Positions 47,079-56,702 of a stretch of 64,000 nucleotides of DNA are shown here, one piece after another (the first letter of the stretch is position 1; each line of letters starts with the position of its first letter). The stretch covers positions 1 to 64,000 of IMG/VR virus record IMGVR_UViG_3300005537_000023. The stretch is one strand, 5' to 3'. This DNA comes from a virus. Below the pieces are notes generated by a model. That model did no database searches and had not been told where the DNA came from. It was given only the letters and a program-made list of their open reading frames with translations. Position numbers and translations under genes: made by a program.

Positions 47079-47262
47079 GGCCCCTCCGATGTTCGCCGCG
47101 CTCGATCTGGTTGGCGAGCATGCCCACGTACTCGGCGATTCGCGCGCGCATGTTCCGAAGCTCGCGCGAGGCGTCCGCGATGCACGCGGCCTCGCGTTGG
47201 CGTAGGGCCGCAGCGCGCAGGAAGGCAACGGCGGCGGCGCGTTCGTTGTCGCCGGCGCTCAC
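47068..47262 (-). CDS. hypothetical protein
   Basis: ERAAAVAFLR...IERGEH phage motif. Confidence 0.55.
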   Translation of the reverse strand: MSAGDNERAAAVAFLRAAALRQREAACIADASRELRNMRARIAEYVGMLANQIERGEHRRGHGR

Positions 47263-47576
47263 TTCATCCACCGCCTCTCCACCAACCGCATCGCTCTCCC
47301 GTCCGCGTCCGCGCATTCCTGCCGCGGCGCCCGCTCCAACGGATGCGCGATGTCCGCCCACGCGCGCGAGTGATCATCGGGCGACAAGGCGATTGTGGCG
47401 ATTTCCACCGCCTCCGCGTCCGCCTTCACGGCATCGGCGAGGCGAGCGGCCAGGGCAACGAGGGCGGCTCGGCTCGCTCGCCCCTTCGCGGCCTTCGCAC
47501 GCAGGGTGAGGTAGTCGCCGTACAGCGCCACGAAGGAATCGGCCGAGGGGGCGGAGATGCGGGCGGAGCCGCTCAC
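47259..47576 (-). CDS. hypothetical protein
   Basis: coupled ORF. Confidence 0.5.
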   Translation of the reverse strand: MSGSARISAPSADSFVALYGDYLTLRAKAAKGRASRAALVALAARLADAVKADAEAVEIATIALSPDDHSRAWADIAHPLERAPRQECADADGRAMRLVERRWMK

Positions 47577-47797
47577 GGCGCCCTCCACCGCTTCCCCGTC
47601 GTCTCGCGCGGGTACTCCATCGCGAAGAGCCACAGGGCGAAGAAGACGGGCCAGCAAGAGAAGACGGCGAAGGCGAGGACGAGGACGGGGTACCAGCCTC
47701 CCCACCCGCGCGCGGTGCCGCCGTTGACGAGGTAGATGCCCAGCGTGGACAGGCCGCAGAGAGTGTAGAGGGTGGCGAGGTATTGAGGGGCGGTCAT
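47573..47797 (-). CDS. small membrane protein
   Basis: two TMs. Confidence 0.55.
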   Translation of the reverse strand: MTAPQYLATLYTLCGLSTLGIYLVNGGTARGWGGWYPVLVLAFAVFSCWPVFFALWLFAMEYPRETTGKRWRAP

Positions 47798-48033
47798 TCG
47801 GCCAACTTCCCGTCCACCTCGTCGATGGACATCGCGGCAATGAGCGTCTCGGCCGCGAACGTCAATTCCTTGGCGAACGCCTCCGCGTACATCGCCCGAT
47901 CCGACGCGGCCACGTGGACGACGTTATCGTTTTCGATGTATGTGCCGTGCAGTTTCATCCGCGCGTACTTCCTCGCGGCGCGCAGAACACGCTCCTCATG
48001 CTGCGTTCGCAGTGGCATCTTGCTCATCACCAC
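47794..48033 (-). CDS. hypothetical protein
   Basis: coupled ORF. Confidence 0.5.
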   Translation of the reverse strand: MVMSKMPLRTQHEERVLRAARKYARMKLHGTYIENDNVVHVAASDRAMYAEAFAKELTFAAETLIAAMSIDEVDGKLAE

Positions 48034-48220
48034 GCCCTCCTCGGTTCATGCTCCGCACACCTCGCCATCCCCATCGCCGTCCACGTGTGCAGCGCCGGAT
48101 CGTGGCCGGGGACGTTGCAGCAGTACAACCGCCAGCCAGGGCCGGGTGCATGGCATGGACGGCCGCACACGAGGCAGCGGAAGGTGGCGCGGCGGGGACG
48201 GCGGGTGGCGTGGCCGCGGA

Positions 48221-48418
48221 TCACCTCCCGCCTCCGTGCTTCCGCCGCCTGTCCATCTCGCAAAGCATCTGTGCCCAGCCCACAACGGGCGTCGCGTCGA
48301 TCGTCTCCATGTAGTGGCGGCGCACCACGCGGTTGATGGTGGCGAGGCACGCGTCCGCGCGGGCGCACTCGCGATCGGCGCGGGCGATTTCGGCGGCCAA
48401 GGCTTCTTCTGTCGTCAC
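48221..48418 (-). CDS. hypothetical protein
   Basis: overlaps the recombinase stop. Confidence 0.45.
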   Translation of the reverse strand: MTTEEALAAEIARADRECARADACLATINRVVRRHYMETIDATPVVGWAQMLCEMDRRRKHGGGR

Positions 48419-49521
48419 TTCCCACCTCCCCACCCGTAGCCGAGTTTTTCGATGGCTTCTTTCGCGACGCGATCGCCGCGGCGATCGTAGCCGGCCGTCG
48501 TCTTTGGATTCGCATGCCCCGCGATGCCCTGCACCGTCACCAAGTCCACGCCCTTGTCTAGCAAGCGCGAGATGAGGGTGCGCCTGAAATCGTGCGGCGA
48601 CACCTTCTCCTTCAACTCCACGCTTTGCCAGTGCCGTTGCACGGCGAGATAGATGCCGGCAGGCGAGATGTGGCGGTAGATGACTTTGCCCACGCGCGTC
48701 ATCGGGCAAACGAGTGGCCCCGCCGCCGTCCCGCGCACGCGCAGCCACGCGTCCATCCCCGCCTTCATGTCCGACGGGAACGGCACCTCGCGAGGCTTGC
48801 CGCCCTTGCCCTTGCCGCGCTGGACGGTGATCGATCCAGCATGCCCTGGCGACGGCGGCGCCTTGTAGTCCGCCGTGTCGAGGCCAGCGATCTCGAAACG
48901 GCGCAGGCCGCAACCGAGGCCGATGGCGAGGATCGCGGCATCGCGGGCGCCGATGGGCGTGGCGAGATCGCAGGATGCCAGCAAGTCCACGATTTCTTGC
49001 TGTTCCATCATGCGTCCGGCCTTGGGCGAGTCCACCTTCACGCCCTTGCACGCCTCTTTGATGCCGTCGAAGTCGTCGCTGTTGATCAGCGTCTTGCCCC
49101 CCGCATCCTCGATGTAGCGGCATTGGTGCATTACGCCTTTGAGTGCAGAGAGGGCCTGGCGGATGGTTGCCGGCGAGATCATGCCTGGCGCCCTCGCTCG
49201 CCTGCCGGCCCGCTTCGCTGACGGCCGCCCAGCCGCTAGCTTCGTCGTGTTGGTAAGCGTCAGCCTAATGAGGCGCGCGGACGTGTAACGGATCTTCGTC
49301 CAGTCGACGGAATAGATCGCCGTCATCGCATCCAAGCCGGCAAGCTTGGCATTGATAATTCGGGCGATGCGGGCGAGGGCGTCACGCATCGCACGCATGC
49401 CGCTGGGGCGGAGGCCGGCGAGGTAGAGGGTGACCGGGTGCTGCATCCGATCGCCGGCCGGCGCCGGGAGGACGAGGGCGGAGAATGCGTCGGGTTTGGC
49501 GGTGGCAAGGGCGGTGGTCAC
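48415..49521 (-). CDS. tyrosine recombinase (integrase/resolvase)
   Basis: RDAAIL...GLRRFE, GKG, SPHDFRR, AGH....TTAGY catalytic residues. Confidence 0.95.
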   Translation of the reverse strand: MTTALATAKPDAFSALVLPAPAGDRMQHPVTLYLAGLRPSGMRAMRDALARIARIINAKLAGLDAMTAIYSVDWTKIRYTSARLIRLTLTNTTKLAAGRPSAKRAGRRARAPGMISPATIRQALSALKGVMHQCRYIEDAGGKTLINSDDFDGIKEACKGVKVDSPKAGRMMEQQEIVDLLASCDLATPIGARDAAILAIGLGCGLRRFEIAGLDTADYKAPPSPGHAGSITVQRGKGKGGKPREVPFPSDMKAGMDAWLRVRGTAAGPLVCPMTRVGKVIYRHISPAGIYLAVQRHWQSVELKEKVSPHDFRRTLISRLLDKGVDLVTVQGIAGHANPKTTAGYDRRGDRVAKEAIEKLGYGWGGGK

Positions 49522-49727
49522 TGGCCCCCCGCGCGGCGTGCGGCCGACCACTCCGAATCCAACCTATCCAACTTGTCGAGCGCGCGGCGCATCTCTGCGC
49601 TGACGTGGCTATTCCGCCGCATCTCCGCGGCGGCAGCAGCCACACGGAGAAGTTGCCGCACGTAGCGCGGGTGCGAGCCATCGCCATGCTCCGCGAGCAT
49701 CGTCACCCATTCCGCCAGGGTAGTCAT
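49518..49727 (-). CDS. hypothetical protein
   Basis: coupled ORF. Confidence 0.5.
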   Translation of the reverse strand: MTTLAEWVTMLAEHGDGSHPRYVRQLLRVAAAAAEMRRNSHVSAEMRRALDKLDRLDSEWSAARRAGGQ

Positions 49728-51220
49728 CGATACACCCACCCGATCATGTCCGAGTACCCTTCCCGGCAGACTCGTCCGAACCGCGCGCCCAGCCTGCACA
49801 GCGCATCATGGTAGCGCGCGCTCAGGTGGTTGCCTTCCGTGTGGTGCGCGAATTCGTGAAGCACCAACTCGATCACCTTGTCCGCCAGCGGATCGTCGAA
49901 GAAGCGCGCGCCCAGCGTGGACACGTTGAACCACAGGTGCGGGCGCTTGTCACCGCCGCCCCACTGCGCCTGCACGGTGATCACCGGACTCTCGAAAAAC
50001 TCCACGTCGATACCCTCAGCGCCGTCGAGGATGCGCGTGCTGAGGAAGTCCACGAGACGGCGTGTGGACTTCATGCCCATCGTCTGCCTGTCCGGCGGGA
50101 TCGTCGTGAAGTCGTCGCTGGACGGCGTGGACATGTGCGAGGGCGTCACCTTGCTGGCCGGAAGGATGGCGCCGGCGCGGCGCGCATTCTCCCATTCGCC
50201 CGCGGACATGGATCCGCCATGCACCACCACGTAGCCCTCACTCTTGGCGATGTCCTCGGCCTCGCGATCGTTGGGGTCCGGCGAGACGCGCTTGTCACCG
50301 AAGCGCAGATCGAGCACGCGCTTGATGGCCGCGTCGCTGCACCCGCTGGCGTCCGCCGCCTCGCGCACCCACTCGGCGGTGGCGTCCGTGGCGCCCAGCA
50401 TGTCGTGCGCTTCGTTCAGTACGGCCACGCGGATGTCTTTCAGGTAGCCGGGCGTCACGTTGTCCCGATCGGTGTTGAGCGGGATTTTCTGCCGGACGTC
50501 CACGTCGAAGGCGTCGCCGGTTTCCACCACGGGGATGCCCAACTCGTACAGCCAGCCGCTTTCGCCGGTGCGCGGGCGATGGAGGCGAAGAGACGTGTGG
50601 CGGTACTTGCGCGTCATGCGGCCAGTCTCATCCGCAAGCTCCGTAGCGAGGCACACGCTACCAACCGTCCGCACGGGCGCCGGCGATCGGATGTCCTCGC
50701 GGTTGATCCGCAGCGTCACGCCCTCGGGGACGAGGATGCGTGAGGCGCGGGTGATCGCGCGCTGCATCTCATCTCGCGTGATGCGCACCTCGGCGCGGAA
50801 GACGCTGCCCACAACCGTCTTCTCCTTCATCTTCCGGCGCGTGCCATCGGCCTCGAAGCGGACGCCGCCGGTGGTGCTGACGATCTCGGCCCACTCGCAC
50901 CGCGCAATGACGAGTTTTTCGCCGAGGTTGAAGCGGCCACGCAACTCGGGGTCACCCTTCTTCGCGCTCTCGGCAAAGAGGACATAGGCGTGCGAGAGAT
51001 CCACGAAGCCGGTGGGATCGTCGTCGCCCACCACCACGAGGGCACGCGGCGCGTTGGGCATGGGCTCCACCGTCACCTCGACGGTGCGCGCCTTGGTGTC
51101 CAGCGCGTTCTGGATCAATTCGAAGAGGATGCTGGCCGGGTCGCGCGTGGCCAGCGTCTTCTCCAGGCCGCGCGCGTCCACCTCGAACCAGCCGCGGGCG
51201 AAAGGCTTCCGATCGTTCAT
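49724..51220 (-). CDS. GHKL (HATPase_c/Hsp90-like) ATPase fused to a C-terminal zincin motif
   Basis: ELIQNALD, DDDPTGF, RGRFNLGEK, GSVF; HEFAHH. Confidence 0.85.
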   Translation of the reverse strand: MNDRKPFARGWFEVDARGLEKTLATRDPASILFELIQNALDTKARTVEVTVEPMPNAPRALVVVGDDDPTGFVDLSHAYVLFAESAKKGDPELRGRFNLGEKLVIARCEWAEIVSTTGGVRFEADGTRRKMKEKTVVGSVFRAEVRITRDEMQRAITRASRILVPEGVTLRINREDIRSPAPVRTVGSVCLATELADETGRMTRKYRHTSLRLHRPRTGESGWLYELGIPVVETGDAFDVDVRQKIPLNTDRDNVTPGYLKDIRVAVLNEAHDMLGATDATAEWVREAADASGCSDAAIKRVLDLRFGDKRVSPDPNDREAEDIAKSEGYVVVHGGSMSAGEWENARRAGAILPASKVTPSHMSTPSSDDFTTIPPDRQTMGMKSTRRLVDFLSTRILDGAEGIDVEFFESPVITVQAQWGGGDKRPHLWFNVSTLGARFFDDPLADKVIELVLHEFAHHTEGNHLSARYHDALCRLGARFGRVCREGYSDMIGWVYR

Positions 51221-51462
51221 GGGCAACCTCCTACGCCTGGTTTGACGGGCGAGGCTTCTACTTATTCATACCAGCCATTCGCGTGAGGATCAATCGGTGG
51301 CCGGCAACGCTTCCACGCGCCGCACAAGGCGCTCGTATTGCTCCATGGCCTCCGCTTCTGTCTCGCAACGCTCTTGCGTCTGATCGAGCGGGCCGCCGAA
51401 AACCATAGTCTCGTAATACCCCATCCTCCAACGGCAATTCGACGACGCGCGGTCGAATACGG

Positions 51463-52171
51463 CATGCTTATCCGGTTGTCACCCACAGCGATTCGCCTTC
51501 CACAAATTCCCCAAAGCTGCACGCGCGCATTCGAGAACGTGAACGAGCAACGCCGCGTCTTCGTCGTGTCCGAACGCCGGAACGAATGGAGCGCTCGCCG
51601 GGTGAAGAATGCGAGCCGGATCGGTTCGTTGTTGGTGCTTTTCGACGATTGTCACCGCGAGGTCGACGACGGGGCTCCGATGAAACGCTCGGGCGGGGAA
51701 GCTGTAGCGATACCCGGCCGGAATGACGAACCTGACCGTCTCGACGGCGTAGCGTTCATCTGTCGGCGTCGTTGGACCGTGATATTTGCTGTCCGCCGCC
51801 GCGCGGGCGTGCGTAAGAAGCGTCGCCGTGAAGTCCCCACGGGGTTCCGCGGTCGCGTGCCACTCCTCGTGCACGACGTCACCAATGAGCACGTGGGAAA
51901 CCATATCGAAGCGGTGATCGTGCACGTCGCCGTTCGCCTCGATGCCTGGCTTGATCAGGTCGGGATGCCACACGTGGACCCGGACCTCCGGCTCCGTGTG
52001 CTCGACGAGATATCCCTGCAACACGCCGATGCCGTGGTGTCGCCACGAGATCGACGGGAACGCGTGAAGCAGAGTGGCGGCGAGAGCGTGGTGCGCGTCG
52101 TCGCGAACGATTCGAGTCAGAGCGCTCATTTCCAAATCTCCCAAGTTGGGGGTGCTAACCGGATAAGCATG
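51463..52171. mobile_element. non-autonomous TIR cassette with 8-bp target duplication
   Basis: perfect 15-bp TIR CATGCTTATCCGGTT (20/22 when extended); GAATACGG at 51455-51462 and 52172-52179. Confidence 0.9.
51479..52129 (-). CDS. cupin (cysteine-dioxygenase-like) protein, cassette cargo
   Basis: VRVHVWH...VHDHRFDMVSHVL...FH. Confidence 0.8.
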   Translation of the reverse strand: MSALTRIVRDDAHHALAATLLHAFPSISWRHHGIGVLQGYLVEHTEPEVRVHVWHPDLIKPGIEANGDVHDHRFDMVSHVLIGDVVHEEWHATAEPRGDFTATLLTHARAAADSKYHGPTTPTDERYAVETVRFVIPAGYRYSFPARAFHRSPVVDLAVTIVEKHQQRTDPARILHPASAPFVPAFGHDEDAALLVHVLECARAALGNLWKANRCG

Positions 52172-52881
52172 GAATACGGCAGTCCGCGCAGCCGACACCA
52201 CTCCGCCAGCGTGTGCGTCACGCCGTCCAGTGTGATCCGAACGTTGGTGCTCATGTTGTTCTGCTGAACGAGCCGCGTTGTCCATCGGCAGTTGAAGGTA
52301 TCGCCTCTTCGCAGGCAGTCGTCGCAGTGACCGCACGTGTACCCGCGCGCGTTGTCGATGCGGTCGATCTCCAACGTGGCCAGCGGGCGAAGGCCCATGT
52401 CTTTCAGGAACGATGCATACGAGTTCGACCAGCCGTCACACACACGGATTCCCTTCGCGCCGTAGAACTTGAAGGCGAAGTGTGACGGCCGTTGGCACTT
52501 GTGCCGTATCCGTTTCCACACCTCGTATTCCGGCTGCCGAGACATCCGATCTTTCGGGTCTCGTCCCAAGACGCGCGAGCACCCGCACGACGTGGCATGC
52601 CCGGACACAAGGTCGGTGGCGCGCAGCGTCTTCATTCGACCGCAGTCGCACAGGCACGACCAAAGGTGATGGCTGTTTCGTTTATCGACGTAGGCCACGC
52701 ACGTCAGTCGACCAAATCTGTGGCCTTTCATTCCGTCGCACGCCATCATCGCGCATCCCTCAGCCAGGCGAGGACGGCGCGGCGAAGGTCCAACAACGCG
52801 AACGTCTCTTTGAGTTGCCGCTGCGAACTGACATGCATGTCCGGCGGCTCCTCTTCGCCAACCACACGCTCGGCCGAGGGG

Positions 52882-53268
52882 TCATGGTGCGTTGTTCCTT
52901 CGATCGCACTCGGCCTGCGCTTCGCCGGTAGGCCACAATCGCGATTCAGGGTGCAACGTCCCGCACCCGTTGTCGGTGAACATGTAGACGAACAGCACCG
53001 GCCCCGACTCCTCATCGTCATCGATACCCGGCCGCACTGTTTCGGCGCGGATATTCCTGATTGTTCCGCGGTCGGTGATTACCCAACCGAAGCCGCGCGC
53101 CTCCGTCTCTTTTTTGCCGTGGCACTTCGGGCACGCGTATCGCTCGCCGCGAAGCATGCACGTCCCTTCGCCCTCACATGCGCTGCATCGTTCTGGTGGG
53201 AGACGCACCGACGTCCGCGTGATCACCGACACGACATCGCCAAGGTTGTACTTCGACTCGAACTTCAT
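52882..53268 (-). CDS. DnaJ-type Zn-finger phage protein
   Basis: CSACEGEG...CPKCHG. Confidence 0.7.
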   Translation of the reverse strand: MKFESKYNLGDVVSVITRTSVRLPPERCSACEGEGTCMLRGERYACPKCHGKKETEARGFGWVITDRGTIRNIRAETVRPGIDDDEESGPVLFVYMFTDNGCGTLHPESRLWPTGEAQAECDRRNNAP

Positions 53269-53299
53269 CGCTCTCTCCTCTCGCTCTCGCTCGCCCGAG

Positions 53300-53620
53300 T
53301 CATCTCCGCCCTTCCTTCGCCGCCACAGCCTCGATCGCCTGCATCGACGCCTCCATGTATTCGTCCGTCGGGTCCTTGCGAATCTCCTGGCCAGACACGT
53401 ACGTGGCCCAGATCCGATCGCGCATCGGCTTCGGCACCATGAACCAGTGCCGCTTGCACATGAACATCTTCGGCGGCACCTCGACGTTGCACCCGTCGGC
53501 GTGACAGACGTGCTCCGGTCCGGCCATGCGTCCGCAGTGGCGGCACCTCGCGCGCACCGGCGGGTCCGGCTCGTCGTAGCAAACGCACCGCTTCTCGCTC
53601 TCGCTCGTCCTCGGCGTCAT
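53300..53620 (-). CDS. Cys-rich phage protein
   Basis: HVCHADGC...FMCKRHW. Confidence 0.7.
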   Translation of the reverse strand: MTPRTSESEKRCVCYDEPDPPVRARCRHCGRMAGPEHVCHADGCNVEVPPKMFMCKRHWFMVPKPMRDRIWATYVSGQEIRKDPTDEYMEASMQAIEAVAAKEGRR

Positions 53621-53787
53621 CGGCGGGCCTTTCGTAGGTAGTTCCGCGACGTAATCACTCGGTAGCCGTCCTCGAATTCGACCTCGCACGAGTTCATCGC
53701 GCCGCGCACGTTCACGCGGCAGAGCGTGCCGAATCGATCGGGCAATCGCGTGCGCACGCGCCACACGTAGGGGAAGCCGTCGCTCAT
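53617..53787 (-). CDS. small SH3-like phage protein
   Basis: RGAMNSCEVEFEDG..VITSRN. Confidence 0.65.
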   Translation of the reverse strand: MSDGFPYVWRVRTRLPDRFGTLCRVNVRGAMNSCEVEFEDGYRVITSRNYLRKARR

Positions 53788-53833
53788 CCCCTCCCCCTTC
53801 CTCCGCCGCGGTGAGGCGCGGTGTCGTCGTGCG

Positions 53834-54085
53834 TCAGCATCGGATAAGAGGCCCCCTGCCTCCCGGCCTTCCGGGCGGGCCTTGGGGACCAGGTGGCCCC
53901 GGTGGTCCGGGTGGCCCTGCATGGATGGCATCCAACTCCTCGCCCGGCATGCCCGGATCGATCTCGTGCTTGAATACGAGCGCGAGGTGGCGCTTCACTA
54001 ACTCGGTTTGCCGCTCGTCGAGCGTCTTCGGATCGGTCAACTCGAACATGCCTTGCAGCCAGTAAACGAAGTCGCGTGCTTTCAC
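53834..54085 (-). CDS. phage protein with short collagen-like repeat
   Basis: DFVYWLQG.FEL; GPPGPPGPPGPQGPPG. Confidence 0.7.
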   Translation of the reverse strand: MKARDFVYWLQGMFELTDPKTLDERQTELVKRHLALVFKHEIDPGMPGEELDAIHAGPPGPPGPPGPQGPPGRPGGRGPLIRC

Positions 54086-54291
54086 GTCCCACCTTCTTTC
54101 GCGTCCGTCTCGTCGTCATCGGCGAAACAGAGTCGATGGAGCGCCAGCAGCCAGCACTCCGAGCACAGCTTCGGCGGCGTCCACGGCTTGCCGTCTTTCG
54201 CGTGTAGCCGCGCGTGGAGCTTGCGCTTCATCTCGAATGCGCCCTCGTCGATGCGGCCGTGACAGTCGCGGCACGTAACGCCGTCGCTCAT
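54082..54291 (-). CDS. Zn-finger protein
   Basis: CRDC...CSEC. Confidence 0.55.
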   Translation of the reverse strand: MSDGVTCRDCHGRIDEGAFEMKRKLHARLHAKDGKPWTPPKLCSECWLLALHRLCFADDDETDAKEGGT

Positions 54292-54487
54292 CTCCTCGCC
54301 TTCCCCTTCTTCGCCGCCTTCGGAGCGGGGCGGTAGGTGCGGAGGACGACACGCGCAGCACCCATGAATCCGGCTCGCCACGACGAATGCATCTCATTCC
54401 AGGACACGCCAAACGCGGCTGGCTGCTCGCGCTGAAACCCGGCCCACATCTCCCTCGCCAACCTCTCCACATCCTCGGGGCGCGGGG

Positions 54488-55342
54488 TCATGGCGAGGGC
54501 TCCAGGGCGGAGCGGAGGCGAGCGATTGAGTAGCCGTCGGTTTTCGAACCGCCGCTGCGCGGACCGCCTTGGCCGAGGTGCCAGAATTTGTGCATGCGCT
54601 CCCACCCATCAATGGCTTCCGCGGCCAACGCCCTCAGCCTCTCCGCCTCGGCGCGGGCGGCGTCGCGTTCCTCCCACGCCTGTTGCAGCGACGGATTCGA
54701 TTCCAGGTTGCGCGTCACGAGAGCGGCATCGCGCGCTCGCTCCACCTCCGCCAGCTTGGCCCTCAGCGCCGCGCACTCCTCATCCCCCACGAAATCGCGC
54801 AGCTTGCGATACAGCTCTCTGGCCCGCTCGATCGTCATGCTCCACTCGCTGGACCCAGGCCACGCTCTGATATTCACGTAACCCTGTCCGCCGTCGCGCA
54901 CCCGCACGCCCTGCTCGAGGGCGCGAAGGCGGGCGATGTCCACGATCGACTCGTCGTCGCAATACGCGCCCAGCACCGCTTTCTCGATCAGATCGGTCGC
55001 CTCCCTCAGCCCCGCTCTCAGGGTGGCGATCTCTTTCCCGTACGCCACGAGCGCGTCGTATGCCGCGATGTCGCGCGCGCGGAGTTGCTCGTTTTCCTCC
55101 GCCGCGGCGAGGCGGTCGGCCAGCGCCGCTATCTTCTCAACCGCCAAACTCACACGCGCATGGCCGACGAGCCCGCCGATACCGGCCGGGTCGGTCGCTC
55201 TCGCCTTGCCCAACTCCACCAACGCCGCCCGCATCTCGACGATGAGGGCGGCGTCTGAGCGCGTTTCGCACGAGGCTACCGATCCGCCGACTCCGCGCAC
55301 CGCCCAATCCGACTGCACCCACGGCCCTTTCGTCGCGCTCAC
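54488..55342 (-). CDS. Ead/Ea22-like coiled-coil protein
   Basis: ATKGPW...DAALIV; coiled coil. Confidence 0.6.
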   Translation of the reverse strand: MSATKGPWVQSDWAVRGVGGSVASCETRSDAALIVEMRAALVELGKARATDPAGIGGLVGHARVSLAVEKIAALADRLAAAEENEQLRARDIAAYDALVAYGKEIATLRAGLREATDLIEKAVLGAYCDDESIVDIARLRALEQGVRVRDGGQGYVNIRAWPGSSEWSMTIERARELYRKLRDFVGDEECAALRAKLAEVERARDAALVTRNLESNPSLQQAWEERDAARAEAERLRALAAEAIDGWERMHKFWHLGQGGPRSGGSKTDGYSIARLRSALEPSP

Positions 55343-55536
55343 GCCGCCACCCTCCCTTCCCCCTCAGCCGCCGGCCACACCCTCCGCGCAATCACCGCGC
55401 GGCGCTCGGCGTACGGCAACTCCCACACCCGCGCCCACTCGTCGTCGGTGAAGGGCGCAACGTCCAACCACTTCGCCAGCGTCCGCCACGACGGCATGTG
55501 GAATGGGGAGACGGCGATGGGAGGGGATGGTTTCAT
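55339..55536 (-). CDS. hypothetical protein
   Basis: coupled ORF. Confidence 0.45.
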   Translation of the reverse strand: MKPSPPIAVSPFHMPSWRTLAKWLDVAPFTDDEWARVWELPYAERRAVIARRVWPAAEGEGRVAA

Positions 55537-56702
55537 TGGCGGCCTCCCAGCACCTTGTTCCGCTCCGACGACGCCTCGATAAACGCCACTCGCTGGCCCT
55601 CCGGCAACGCGTCAATCTCGGCGGCCTTCTCCGCCCACAACGCGTTGACGTCCGTGGCTTTCGCGAGCGCATCGAGGAGCGCTTGATACGCGTTGGGCGG
55701 CGCAGCCGGCTTGGCCGCTTCCTTCGACTCCTTCGCTGCGGCGGCAGGCTGCGCCTTCCCCTTCTTCTCCGCCAGTTTCTCCTTCAACTTCTCCGCCGCC
55801 GGGTTGACGGGCTTGGCCTCCACGGCTCCTTCCTGCGCCGGCGCCTTCTTCGCTGCGAGGACGTCCGCCCACTTCTCATCGCCGTCCGCGATGGCCTGGC
55901 CGAGTCCGCGCAACTCCGTCAACTCGTCCACCGTGGCCTCGTCCAGCGGGTGCCCGAGGTACTCCGCCAACTTGTCCGGGTAGATGCCCAGGGCTGCGAA
56001 GGCGCCGGCGATCCACTTCTTCTCCGCCGCCGGATCCGCCGCCGCCGAATCGTTTGCCGTCCGGATGGCGATGGCCATTGAATCGTCCAGCACGTCCCTC
56101 GGGATCAACTTCTGCCCCAGCGTGCGCAGCGCCTTGGATACGAGCGAGTTGCGCTTCTGCAACATCTCGTCTTCCGTGGCGTGGAGAAGATACGTCTTCG
56201 CCCCTTGCGAGTTGGTGCGCGACGAGATGGGGATGCGCCCGTCGGCCACGGACTTGCGCTCCACCGTTTTTAGGATGGTGACGTCCGCCGAGTGCGTGAT
56301 GTTGCGCTCCAAGTCCGTCACCTGGACGCGGATCGTCTGCTTGTCGGCGTCATCGAAGACGGCCACGGCGGAGGACACGACGTTACCCATCTCCTGCATC
56401 GACGTCTCCACGAAACGGATGGACGGCCCCTCGATGCGCTTGTCGCCGCCGCGAGGCGGTAGGGAGTAGCGCGCGATCTTGGCGAAGCCGGGGCGGCGGC
56501 AGTGATCGGCGAGGCGCGTCGAGACATTCAGCCACGAGCGCGGACGGCCGAGGGCGACGGCGAATTGTGCCTTCACCAACGCTTCCGCGTGGGCTGCGGC
56601 GGCCTCGCCAGCCGTCTCCGCCGAGCGCGCGAGGGACTTCTCTCCGATGGCCTCCGCGGCCGTAGTGCCAGCCGGCACGATCTGCTGTCCGTTGTTGCTC
56701 AT
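55533..56702 (-). CDS. putative ssDNA-annealing recombinase
   Basis: adjacent to YqaJ; ARYSLPPRGG..IEGPSIRF motif. Confidence 0.6.
   Translation of the reverse strand: MSNNGQQIVPAGTTAAEAIGEKSLARSAETAGEAAAAHAEALVKAQFAVALGRPRSWLNVSTRLADHCRRPGFAKIARYSLPPRGGDKRIEGPSIRFVETSMQEMGNVVSSAVAVFDDADKQTIRVQVTDLERNITHSADVTILKTVERKSVADGRIPISSRTNSQGAKTYLLHATEDEMLQKRNSLVSKALRTLGQKLIPRDVLDDSMAIAIRTANDSAAADPAAEKKWIAGAFAALGIYPDKLAEYLGHPLDEATVDELTELRGLGQAIADGDEKWADVLAAKKAPAQEGAVEAKPVNPAAEKLKEKLAEKKGKAQPAAAAKESKEAAKPAAPPNAYQALLDALAKATDVNALWAEKAAEIDALPEGQRVAFIEASSERNKVLGGRQ

Larger units (their letters stand above)
51262..52731 (-). pseudogene. HNH-type homing endonuclease gene split by a 709-bp insertion
   Basis: FGRLT, CLCDCG, SCGC, YGAKGIRVC, IDRIDN, NCRW; C-terminal LPYS|TARRRI..GW resumes in frame after the insertion. 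Confidence 0.85.

Noticed and set aside
45984-47735. 583-aa plus-strand ORF
   Set aside because: Read-through created by the G10 frameshift; the remainder is antisense shadow of real minus-strand genes.
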